Shown: piece after piece, positions 1-7,315 of the stretch
How positions within the stretch are numbered: position 1 is the first letter of the stretch
How the letters are laid out: the number at the start of each line of letters is the position of its first letter
IMG/VR virus record: IMGVR_UViG_3300012138_000002
Location: 1 to 37,329 of that record
Origin: a virus
DNA: 37,329 bases
Strand: one strand, 5' to 3'
Made by a program: the position numbers and the translations under genes
The notes under the pieces: model-generated
What the model saw: the letters and a program-made list of their open reading frames with translations, nothing else
What the model was told of the DNA's origin: nothing
Databases searched by the model: none

Positions 1-123
1 GATATACTGAATTACCAGTCGATACAGCTGCGTATTGTGAATAAGATACCGCCGGATATCATTACATCGGGAAACCTGCTGGCAAACTACTGGTATCTGG
101 TAGAGCATGACAGCGACCAGACC
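1..123. repeat. Direct terminal repeat, copy 1 (123 nt)
   Basis: I compared the strings by eye and 1-123 equals 37207-37329 with no mismatch. Confidence 0.95.
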
Positions 124-537
124 AATACGACCGACTATGTAACTTACGATGGTGTGAACCATAAGGTAGGCGATTCGATTTTGGTACAGGCCGGTACGCT
201 TACATTTACAAAATCCGGCAACGTACATTTGCGCCGTTGCTGGCATAAGGATTTTGATTTTGATACGGAAGTAACAGACAAAGCCTTTTGGACGAATGAA
301 CAAAGGCCTGAATGGTGTGATGTGTTGCCGGAAGATACAAGGTGCCTGATGCAAAACAATCACCCTTTGTCAATTGAGATGATGAGAGGTGAAGACGGCA
401 AATATATCACCACAGGGCATCCCGAATACTATAACAGGATACTGGGTGCCTCTGGGGTACAATCGCCTGATGATATCTTTATAAGCGGCACATATATGCA
501 GCTTCGTTTAACAATATCAACTATAAATCCAATGTAA
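1..537 (+). CDS. C-terminal part (178 aa) of the junction-spanning putative tail fibre/tailspike ORF
   Basis: Reading phase 1 is open from position 1 to TAA 535-537 and continues the ORF that is open from 35809 to 37329. The track ORF 37-537 is only the part after an internal GTG. Confidence 0.85.
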   Translation, partial: DILNYQSIQLRIVNKIPPDIITSGNLLANYWYLVEHDSDQTNTTDYVTYDGVNHKVGDSILVQAGTLTFTKSGNVHLRRCWHKDFDFDTEVTDKAFWTNEQRPEWCDVLPEDTRCLMQNNHPLSIEMMRGEDGKYITTGHPEYYNRILGASGVQSPDDIFISGTYMQLRLTISTINPM

Positions 538-538
538 T

Positions 539-709
539 ATGGCAGATTTTGATAATGGCTTACCTCCTGCAGGTACGGATGTAACAGATAGCAGTGTAAA
601 TGCTGTGGATTACAGTACAGGCGAAGCGGAAACCGGAATAGAAAACAGGATAGCCGGTGCAACTTATAGTAAGGAAGATGCCGGGCAGAACTGGGCAACG
701 TTTTTATAG
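539..709 (+). CDS. Small hypothetical protein (56 aa, MADFDNGLPPAGTDV...)
   Basis: ATG 539 lies 1 nt after the upstream stop and TAG is at 707-709. The ORF is below the track length cutoff. It fits the tight plus-strand packing of the operon. Confidence 0.4.
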   Translation: MADFDNGLPPAGTDVTDSSVNAVDYSTGEAETGIENRIAGATYSKEDAGQNWATFL

Positions 710-735
710 TTATGTATTATGAATGATATTTATAT

Positions 736-1347
736 ATGAAAGATATTTTTGAACAGTTCCAATTTATAAAACCTATGCTTGATACAAGCTCATCAAAAGT
801 GCAGGATTCGGCTTTCTGGAGTGGTATAGGAACGACAGTTTGCTATTTTGTTACTCATGGGTTCAGCTACGTTGCTGATACGATCTTAGGAATATCCCTA
901 TATATGTTGGTAGCCTTTTTCTCAATAATGATAGTTGATTATGTGACTGGCTACCGGGCATCGAGAAAAGAGGGAGATAAACCCCGATCAAAGAAAGGGC
1001 TAAGGTGGGTTGTTAAACTGTTTGCCTATTTATTTTCATTATATATTATAAATGCTCTTGTAATAGATGCTAGACGCCTCAATTCGGTTTTTCCTCTTCA
1101 TGAATATATCCCTTTTGTATTGGAGGTTTTCAAATACCTGATCCTCTTTTTCATTGTCCGCTGGGAAACGAAAAGCATTGATGAGAATTTTAATCGCTTA
1201 GGCTATAATTTTAAAATATTTGGAATGTTCGACATAATTTTCGATGGTGTAATTGGTATATTCAACAAAACGATAAAAGAAAAAACAGGAGTTGATAATG
1301 TAATAAAAGAAAAGGAGGAAAAAGAAGATGGCAACACAATTAACTAA
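736..1347 (+). CDS. Holin (Phage_holin_4_1-like multi-TM protein)
   Basis: Several hydrophobic helices are present. IMIVDYVTGY..SKKGLRWVVK and WETKSIDENFNRLG resemble the D-Y-x-T-G and E-x-x-S-I-x-E-N motifs of the toxin-secretion/phage-lysis holin family (recalled). The gene overlaps the endolysin start by 20 nt. Confidence 0.75.
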   Translation: MKDIFEQFQFIKPMLDTSSSKVQDSAFWSGIGTTVCYFVTHGFSYVADTILGISLYMLVAFFSIMIVDYVTGYRASRKEGDKPRSKKGLRWVVKLFAYLFSLYIINALVIDARRLNSVFPLHEYIPFVLEVFKYLILFFIVRWETKSIDENFNRLGYNFKIFGMFDIIFDGVIGIFNKTIKEKTGVDNVIKEKEEKEDGNTIN

Positions 1348-1753
1348 AAATTTCACGATGGAGGAACTCTCCCACTCGAATACAGCCGTTTTAAAGGGCT
1401 TAAAAAACTCTCCTGAAGAATGGCAGCAAATCAACCTGAAAAAGCTTGCCATGCGCTTGCTGCAACCCCTAAGGGATATTTACGGGGAACCGTTCATTAT
1501 CAACAGCGGGTACCGTTCGCAGGAAGTGAATGAGGCTGTCGGAGGAATACCAAGCTCACAGCATACAAAGGGACAGGCCGCCGATGTTCAGGTTAAAGAT
1601 CCGCGAAAGCTACTAGCAGCTCTTTTAAAAAGTGGCTTAGACTTCGATCAGGCTATTTTATATCAGGATGGAAGAAATAACTTTCTGCATATGTCTTATA
1701 ATTCAGGGCATAACAGAAAACAAGTGTTGTATTCTAAAGGAACAAAGCCATGA
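1328..1753 (+). CDS. Endolysin, peptidase M15A/M15_3 family (zinc D-Ala-D-Ala carboxypeptidase-like)
   Basis: SGYRS...SSQHTKGQAADV...FLHMSY matches the S-x-H-x-x-G-x-A-x-D plus distal His zinc-binding layout of M15 cell-wall peptidases. The gene sits between the holin and the spanin candidate. Confidence 0.85.
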   Translation: MATQLTKNFTMEELSHSNTAVLKGLKNSPEEWQQINLKKLAMRLLQPLRDIYGEPFIINSGYRSQEVNEAVGGIPSSQHTKGQAADVQVKDPRKLLAALLKSGLDFDQAILYQDGRNNFLHMSYNSGHNRKQVLYSKGTKP

Positions 1754-2166
1754 AACTACGATTTCCAAAAGACGATGCCGACAGGTTTTTGATTATTGCC
1801 GTTGCAGTAGTCATGTTGTTCCTTTTGCTGCTGTGTGCGGGATGCAAACCCCAGTATATACCGGTAGAAAGTATCAAAACTGAATACAGGGATAGATATA
1901 TACATGATTCGATATTCGAAAAAGAATACATCAATACTTACCAGAAAGGGGATACGGTGTTCAAAGACAGGTTTGTTTATGTATACAAGGATAAACTTAT
2001 GAAAGATACGGTAAACATAACCGATACTATCCGGGTGCCCTATCCTGTCTCTGAATATATAGAGGTAAACAAGCAAGCCTGGTATCAGAGCATATTACAA
2101 TGGATAGGTTTGTTCGCCTTATTCTTCATTGTGGGATTTATATCATATAAGATAAAAAGAAAATAG
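1750..2166 (+). CDS. Unimolecular spanin candidate (N-terminal lipoprotein signal plus C-terminal TM anchor)
   Basis: ATGA overlap with the endolysin stop. The N-terminus MKLRFPKDDADRFLIIAVAVVMLFLLLLCAGC has a lipobox-like LCAGC. The C-terminus WIGLFALFFIVGFISYKIKRK is a TM helix followed by basic residues. The middle is rich in beta-prone residues. Confidence 0.6.
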   Translation: MKLRFPKDDADRFLIIAVAVVMLFLLLLCAGCKPQYIPVESIKTEYRDRYIHDSIFEKEYINTYQKGDTVFKDRFVYVYKDKLMKDTVNITDTIRVPYPVSEYIEVNKQAWYQSILQWIGLFALFFIVGFISYKIKRK

Positions 2167-2316
2167 ACTTTAAGCCCCGGTTCAGGCTTAAAAAGAACCT
2201 CCCGACCCTCCCACAGAAGGTAGTAACTTCCGGGGGATTGGGACACGAAAAGAAGGCTTTCGCATCTTGGCCGAGAGGCAAAATCAACTAAATGATTTAC
2301 TAATTGATGCAAAAGT

Positions 2317-2535
2317 ATGAAAAAGAATTACATTGCAAAGCGAAAAAGCACAATTGTACGCAACAATCAGGTTCACACTATCTACAATGAACTGAAAAAC
2401 CAATACGGAAACACTGTTTTTAATAACCTGTCCCGCTCGTTTATCTATCAGGAGATAAGCCGGAGGACAGGTTTATGTGTAAAGACAATAAGTAATATAT
2501 TGAATCATTGTACACTCGGGGATGAGGTGTTATAA
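2317..2535 (+). CDS. Small basic protein with a possible helix-turn-helix (72 aa)
   Basis: IYQEISRRTGLCVKTISNILNH looks like an HTH. The gene is followed by a hairpin terminator. Confidence 0.5.
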   Translation: MKKNYIAKRKSTIVRNNQVHTIYNELKNQYGNTVFNNLSRSFIYQEISRRTGLCVKTISNILNHCTLGDEVL

Positions 2536-2552
2536 AATATGTTTTAGAGCAT

Positions 2553-2590
2553 AAAAAAGCCTACTGATGAAAGAGTAGGCTTAAAATCTT
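2553..2590. terminator. Bidirectional hairpin terminator between convergent genes
   Basis: A 9-bp stem AAGCCTACT (2557-2565) pairs with AGTAGGCTT (2574-2582) around an 8-nt loop. An A-run on the left side gives a U-run for the minus-strand transcript. AAAATCTTT lies on the right side. Confidence 0.7.
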
Positions 2591-2614
2591 TACGGTGTGG
2601 CACCTCCGCAATAT

Positions 2615-3178
2615 TCATATTTTATCTTCATTCTTTTTCTGATTTTTCAGATCCTCCCGATCCAATTCCTTTTGATAAAAATGCCCTCTTAATACGATCA
2701 ATCCCAGACCTATAATATTTATAGTTGTCGTAGATAGAAGAACTATTGTTACTTGATAACCGATAGTTAGCTTGATATTCCATTTATCAAAAAGGCCTCC
2801 CTCTAACAGTAAAATGGCAAGGACAATCATTAAATATACAGATATTACATATTTAGCCCATTTCTCTAATCTTTTTCGGGCAGATGTATTTTCCATATGT
2901 CTATGCAGAGAAATAAACTGGGCGCATTTTTCTATTGTTTCTTTATTGTAAGACTGATCCGTTTGCAATAAAATCTCAACTTGACTTATTAAGTTTAAAT
3001 CTTTTTTAGGACGCACAGATCTTAGAGGAGAGCAAAAAAATCTTTTGATATTATACCAAACTTTAAAAGCGCCATGTCTCCAGGATATATTTATATCATT
3101 TTTCTTTGATTCAAAAAAATTGGTAAGACTGACATTTTCACTTATCCCAGGTTTAATATCTCCCGTGTCATTGTTCAT
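2615..3178 (-). CDS. Two-TM membrane protein, candidate toxin/effector partner of the Panacea-domain protein
   Basis: About 105 aa of soluble N-terminus is followed by the helices YVISVYLMIVLAILLLEGGL and VTIVLLSTTTINIIGLGLIVL and then a charged tail. The start overlaps the upstream gene by 11 nt. I recognised no family. Confidence 0.7.
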   Translation of the reverse strand: MNNDTGDIKPGISENVSLTNFFESKKNDINISWRHGAFKVWYNIKRFFCSPLRSVRPKKDLNLISQVEILLQTDQSYNKETIEKCAQFISLHRHMENTSARKRLEKWAKYVISVYLMIVLAILLLEGGLFDKWNIKLTIGYQVTIVLLSTTTINIIGLGLIVLRGHFYQKELDREDLKNQKKNEDKI

Positions 3179-3641
3179 ATTTGGGAAAATAGTTTTTTAT
3201 TAGATCGTCTGATATTTCTTTATTCCACTTCGCCTCTCCTTCTTCATATACCGTTTTATGCCATGGGCCGCCTTCCTGATGAGACCATTCACTCAGGCTC
3301 ATTGCTGATTTATTATGAAATTTTTTAACAACATCATTTATGATATTAAAAGCTATCCGGTCAGCTTCAAATTTATAAATAGGAAGACATGTCACATCGG
3401 GTATAACTCCCGGGGAAAAATATTTATTTACTCGTGGAAAAACCGGACCAAAGGGCCATGCTTTAGGTGAATCATCTGTGAAAAGTTTATTGTCAGTTGT
3501 GGAAAGATATGTGCCATATGCCATATATAGCAACTTTTGCATTTGAGTTTTATTCAGAGCGACTCCATGCTTATTGTATGCTATCCAATTTATCAGATCG
3601 GAGCATTCTAAGCTTGTAAGAGATAGAGTATTATTGCTCAT
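3168..3641 (-). CDS. panA: Panacea (DUF4065, SocA/GepA-like) domain protein, PanA-type antitoxin candidate
   Basis: TQMQKLLYMAYGTYLSTTDNKLFTDDSPKAWPFGPVFPRV matches the conserved L-Q-K-L-L-Y ... f-x-A-W-x-x-G-P-V core of DUF4065 (recalled). Confidence 0.8.
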   Translation of the reverse strand: MSNNTLSLTSLECSDLINWIAYNKHGVALNKTQMQKLLYMAYGTYLSTTDNKLFTDDSPKAWPFGPVFPRVNKYFSPGVIPDVTCLPIYKFEADRIAFNIINDVVKKFHNKSAMSLSEWSHQEGGPWHKTVYEEGEAKWNKEISDDLIKNYFPKYEQ

Positions 3642-3658
3642 ATAAAATATTGTTTCTG

Positions 3659-3689
3659 CAAAAATACATTTTAATTATTATAATACAAA
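3659..3689 (-). promoter_or_regulatory. Bacteroidota-type promoter for the panA operon
   Basis: On the minus strand, TATTTTTG (plus strand CAAAAATA, 3659-3666) is the -7 box and TTTG (plus strand CAAA, 3686-3689) is the -33 box. They are 19 nt apart. The -7 box lies 18 nt upstream of ATG 3641. Confidence 0.55.
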
Positions 3690-3849
3690 TACTTAACTCT
3701 CTTTTTTATTTTACATACTATCTGCAATTCTTTCCTTTTTCCCTGCAAATCCTGCCTTTTTATAGAAAAGTATCTTTTCCCAGACCTCCTTTGTTTATCG
3801 AATTTTGCAGTAACCGCGCTATTGCGGGTAACTAATAAATCTTATCGAT

Positions 3850-4713
3850 ATGGTAGAAACAAGAAATGAATCGATCGGCGGATACTACCCGGGAGCAGTG
3901 GGCGGTTACGGCGGCGGATTCGGTCATGACGGTATCCTGGGGCTTATCGCTCTATTGGCATTATTCAGAGGGAACCTTTTCGGAGGCAACCACGAAGGAG
4001 CGGGGGCGAACCTTGCCGAAATACAGAACCAGCTGAGCAATATCCGCGCTGATATCGGAGACGCCAAGTATGACAATCTTTCCGGCACATTGCAGCAGAC
4101 TATCGGCCTGTTAGGGGAGATAAACGCCGGGCGTCTGGAAAACATGAGCGCATTGCTGTCACAGACCAATGTCCTTCAGGGCGGTTTGTTCGGGTTGCAG
4201 AAAGATATTCTTCAATCGGCAAACGGCACCAATATGGCAATCGCTCAATCCACATTCGGACTTTCACGCCAGTTGGACGCCAACGCCGCTGCTGCGGCTG
4301 CCTGTTGCTGCGAGACTAACCTGAACCTGACCAAGCTAGGATATGAAAATATCATAGCTAACCTGAACCAGACAAACCAGCTTCAACGTCAGATGGATGC
4401 CAATGCTGCGGCCGCTGCCGCCTGTTGCTGCGAAACGAACCTGAATATCGAACGTACCGCGTTTGCTACCCAGCTTCGTGACCTGGAGAATAAATGTGAT
4501 ACCGACCGTCAGCTTGCCGAGATCAAGTGCCTTATCAAAGATACGGCTAAGGATCAGGAGTTAGCCCGTCTTTCAAGATTGGAAAGCGAAGCATTTATTG
4601 CTAACCAGATCAACAAGTCTATCAGCACTACCGTAGGCAGCTGGTCTGCCGCCGCGCAGTTCAACGGTGTGACTTACCCGAGCCCTCCGTTCCCGTTCTC
4701 CGGTGCATTTTGA
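3850..4713 (+). CDS. Hypothetical Gly-rich, membrane-anchored, coiled-coil-like protein with two DANAAAAAACCCETNLN motifs
   Basis: 287 aa. The N-terminus GGYGGGFGHDGILGLIALLALF is followed by Q/N/L-rich heptad-like sequence. A 19-codon motif occurs twice (4270-4326 and 4390-4446). I recognised no family. Confidence 0.8.
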   Translation: MVETRNESIGGYYPGAVGGYGGGFGHDGILGLIALLALFRGNLFGGNHEGAGANLAEIQNQLSNIRADIGDAKYDNLSGTLQQTIGLLGEINAGRLENMSALLSQTNVLQGGLFGLQKDILQSANGTNMAIAQSTFGLSRQLDANAAAAAACCCETNLNLTKLGYENIIANLNQTNQLQRQMDANAAAAAACCCETNLNIERTAFATQLRDLENKCDTDRQLAEIKCLIKDTAKDQELARLSRLESEAFIANQINKSISTTVGSWSAAAQFNGVTYPSPPFPFSGAF

Positions 4714-4734
4714 TTTGAAAGTTTTTCAGGTATG

Positions 4735-4761
4735 GGGGAGATTATTCTCCCCTGTTTTATT
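4735..4761 (+). terminator. Intrinsic terminator after the CCC-motif gene
   Basis: GGGGAGA (4735-4741) pairs with TCTCCCC (4746-4752) around a 4-nt loop, followed by TGTTTTATT. Confidence 0.75.
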
Positions 4762-4780
4762 AAACATTAAAAATTAAATT

Positions 4781-5188
4781 ATGTATCAATATAACAATCC
4801 GTTGCTATCCCAATACCAGGCGCAATTAAATTCGCTGAGGAATAAGTATAATGAGGAACTGAAGAATATACAGGAAGGTATACGCCGGGAAGAATCCAAC
4901 ATCAGGGGGCAATTCCAGGGAGCACCCGCCCCGCAGCCATCACCTGTGCAACAACCCGTGCCGGAACAACCTGCAACAGAAATGCAGCCTGTAATCATTC
5001 CGAACGATATAAAGATACTGGCCGTGCTGGGGGACATAAAAGGAATATTGGAGCGGGCTTTTCCGAAAGCGGAAGCCGCCGGCGAAACTGTTATCCAGCC
5101 GGAACCCGCTAAGGCTGATGTCCCCGAAGCAGCCGATGATGTAAAACCAGAACCTAAATTAAAGAAAAATGAAGGAACTAAAGGATAA
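4781..5188 (+). CDS. Hypothetical protein with a Pro/Gln-rich centre (135 aa)
   Basis: ATG ORF with a coiled-coil-like N-terminus followed by APAPQPSPVQQPVPEQP. No family recognised. Confidence 0.6.
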   Translation: MYQYNNPLLSQYQAQLNSLRNKYNEELKNIQEGIRREESNIRGQFQGAPAPQPSPVQQPVPEQPATEMQPVIIPNDIKILAVLGDIKGILERAFPKAEAAGETVIQPEPAKADVPEAADDVKPEPKLKKNEGTKG

Positions 5189-5339
5189 ACTCGAAACCGA
5201 ACTCAAGCAGCTGGAAGCGGAGATCCTCAAAGAAGGATTGACCGACAAGCGGCTGGATCTGCTTATCAGACTCGAAAAGGCAATACACCATCTCCCGGAG
5301 ATGAAAGGACATAACCCCTCAATGTTTGAAATGCCATGA
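5169..5339 (+). CDS. Small coiled-coil protein (56 aa, MKELKDKLETELKQLEAEILKEG...)
   Basis: ATG 5169 and TGA 5337-5339, which forms an ATGA overlap with the next gene. Below the track cutoff. Confidence 0.45.
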   Translation: MKELKDKLETELKQLEAEILKEGLTDKRLDLLIRLEKAIHHLPEMKGHNPSMFEMP

Positions 5340-5869
5340 ATAAGCAGGAAATAAAATCATTATTGCAGCAGGCTATGGATGCTATCAGTATGGCCCAATG
5401 CCTGGAAGAAGACCTGATGTGCAAGGCACAAAGGATAGGGCTTCAGGGGGAGAAACGCAGGCAACGCTATGAGAGCGCCAAATCGTACAACCTTATCAAG
5501 TACCTCAAATGTGATGCTTTCGACGCCTACGGGATAGAACTGGAGCATAAGGCCGGTACGGCTCCCGCACAGCAGATAGGAGGTATGAAGGGATATTTCG
5601 ACGTATTCCTGAATAAGCAGGAGCAGCTATACGATGTACTGCATACCATCGCTAACAAGCTGGTAGCGGTTAACTGCCAGTATTACGCCAAATTGCTGTA
5701 TGACAAATGCGCCTGTATCGTTGAGGATATAAAATATGCAAGGCGGACAATTCTTGAGGGCAACCTTGTGAACTGGGCTCCTGAGTTTATCCTGCTGCAT
5801 CAGACCACCTTAGAGAATGTGCATGACCATTTCGAGGAAAAAGAAAAGGAAGTCGGCTACAACTATTAG
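5336..5869 (+). CDS. Hypothetical protein (177 aa)
   Basis: ATG ORF coupled to both neighbours. No motif recognised. Confidence 0.65.
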   Translation: MNKQEIKSLLQQAMDAISMAQCLEEDLMCKAQRIGLQGEKRRQRYESAKSYNLIKYLKCDAFDAYGIELEHKAGTAPAQQIGGMKGYFDVFLNKQEQLYDVLHTIANKLVAVNCQYYAKLLYDKCACIVEDIKYARRTILEGNLVNWAPEFILLHQTTLENVHDHFEEKEKEVGYNY

Positions 5870-6134
5870 CTGGGAGCGGTGCAAGGCTTTTTTCGGGTAC
5901 CGCTGCGCTTATTGCGGTAAAGCCGGCAAAATGACAAAAGACCATATCATACCCCGCTATCATGGCGGCGGGGATATGGTCTTGAATCTTATCCCGGCCT
6001 GCCAGTCCTGCAATTCATCCAAGGGTAAAAAGAATGTAGACAGCTGGTACCGGGGACAGCCCTTTTACTCACCCTTCAGGGAGCAGCTGATCCGGCAATA
6101 TTTAATTGAAATCTCTTTAAAACTTATAAGATGA
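5817..6134 (+). CDS. HNH endonuclease
   Basis: CAYCGK...DHIIPRYHGGGDMVLNLIPACQSCNSSKG is the C-x-x-C ... D-H ... N ... C-x-x-C-N HNH layout. The gene overlaps the upstream gene by 53 nt if ATG 5817 is used. Confidence 0.85.
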   Translation: MCMTISRKKKRKSATTISWERCKAFFGYRCAYCGKAGKMTKDHIIPRYHGGGDMVLNLIPACQSCNSSKGKKNVDSWYRGQPFYSPFREQLIRQYLIEISLKLIR

Positions 6135-6460
6135 TACATACATTAGCATTACATTTATTGTTTACCGTGATAATAAGCCTGTCCTGTATCGGGATAAACG
6201 CTACCACATGGCGGGATATGGTATTTGCCGGACTGGCTGACAGGATAGAGAAGTATATTACCGGGCTGATAGGGCTTGAGGCGGGTTGCGCCCTGTGTAA
6301 ACCTTTGTTCCGTTGCCCTATGTGCATGGCCAGTTTCTGGACGCTCCTGTTCTGGCTCATCTGCGGGATGGTATTTAATCCGGTGTTGATGATGCTGACC
6401 GTGTGCGGCCTGAATGTGGTACTGGTGAGTTTTATTGTAAATATTATGCCCGATGAATAA
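6131..6460 (+). CDS. Small multi-TM membrane protein with paired CxxC motifs (DUF1360-like?)
   Basis: Hydrophobic helices flank GCALCKPLFRCPMCMASFW. ATGA overlap with the HNH gene. The DUF1360 resemblance is a weak recollection. Confidence 0.65.
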   Translation: MIHTLALHLLFTVIISLSCIGINATTWRDMVFAGLADRIEKYITGLIGLEAGCALCKPLFRCPMCMASFWTLLFWLICGMVFNPVLMMLTVCGLNVVLVSFIVNIMPDE

Positions 6461-6572
6461 GGAAGATATATTAAAAGAAATAAACGCCCTGATCGACCGT
6501 CTGGAGGATGCATGCGGGGCGGATATTAATCAGATGATAGAACGGTTGAAAAAACTGGTGGGGATGTTGTAG
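6453..6572 (+). CDS. Possible very small protein (39 aa, MNKEDILKEINALIDRLEDA...)
   Basis: ATG 6453 overlaps the upstream stop and TAG is at 6570-6572. Helical and charged composition. Confidence 0.3.
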   Translation: MNKEDILKEINALIDRLEDACGADINQMIERLKKLVGML

Positions 6573-6684
6573 GAAAGTGAGGAAAATTTTCTTGAAATAT
6601 CGCAGTATCGTACTGTTTACGTTGAAAAATGTGGTAAATTTACCTTAATAATTTACAGAGAGGTAAACGAAAAAGCATTTAACC

Positions 6685-6945
6685 ATGGATGTCAAAGATA
6701 TTATTAGAGAAGAATCTGAAAAAGGAAATATAGTTATACTGACAGAGGAAGGCTTGAAAATAGGCAATGTGCAAGAATTTATCAAGCAGCCTGCAAGCGG
6801 TATTCTGTACGACCTGAACAGACTCGAAGGGGTTACAATGATGTTTATTGACGACCAAAAACGCATAAATGATTATGCTTGCGCTATGGTTATCAGAGCA
6901 TTGAAAGATAGAATAGAAGAATTGGAGACCAATTTTAAAGTATAA
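6685..6945 (+). CDS. Hypothetical protein (86 aa)
   Basis: ATG ORF with ordinary protein-like composition, followed immediately by a strong plus-strand terminator. The antisense ORFs 6645-6866 and 6679-7026 look non-protein-like. Confidence 0.6.
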   Translation: MDVKDIIREESEKGNIVILTEEGLKIGNVQEFIKQPASGILYDLNRLEGVTMMFIDDQKRINDYACAMVIRALKDRIEELETNFKV

Positions 6946-6950
6946 GTTTT

Positions 6951-6990
6951 TATCATCCCCAGAATTCTGGGTATGATAATTTTCCTTTTC
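6951..6990 (+). terminator. Intrinsic terminator ending the 3850-6945 block
   Basis: A 12-bp stem TATCATCCCCAG (6951-6962) pairs with CTGGGTATGATA (6967-6978) with one mismatch around an AATT loop, followed by ATTTTCCTTTTC. Confidence 0.8.
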
Positions 6991-7278
6991 GGTACATCGT
7001 GTTTTGCGGCATCCTATAAAAACCAAAATACCTTATCATAAATATCACATTAACATTTCACATCATTTTATAATTGTAGAAGCGGATTCTATAAGCATCT
7101 TATTGTATAAACAATAGTTGCGATAGCAATTATCTATATCTGATTTCGAAACTTATATAACCGGTCATTGTTATACGGTTAATATTCTGTTAAGAAAATA
7201 TGCTGAACAACATAGTTGTTTGAGAAACTTTTTTAAGCAAAATAGTTAATTTTATGATGTTTACGAAAGTGTTTAAGC

Positions 7279-7315
7279 TACACTTATAAATTACACTTAT
7301 TAAAATTACACTTAT
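7279..7315. repeat. Three direct copies of TACACTTAT
   Basis: Copies lie at 7279-7287, 7292-7300 and 7307-7315. The last overlaps the stop codon of the repressor gene. Confidence 0.8.

Noticed and set aside
2310-2317. CAAAAGTA (TACTTTTG on the minus strand), a promoter-like box pointing antisense into the lysis genes
   Set aside because: There is no -33 partner, it overlaps the ATG of 2317-2535, and no minus-strand ORF lies downstream. It is probably a chance match in AT-rich DNA.
6616-6667. Recurring TTTAC/GTAAA pentamers, including the palindrome GGTAAATTTACC at 6633-6644, upstream of ORF 6685
   Set aside because: The motif is short and AT-rich and the spacing is irregular. It could be an operator, but the evidence is too weak to call.
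6124-7026. Minus-strand ORFs 6124-6513, 6645-6866 and 6679-7026
   Set aside because: They are antisense to coupled plus-strand genes. The last one runs through the plus-strand terminator hairpin. Their compositions are not protein-like.
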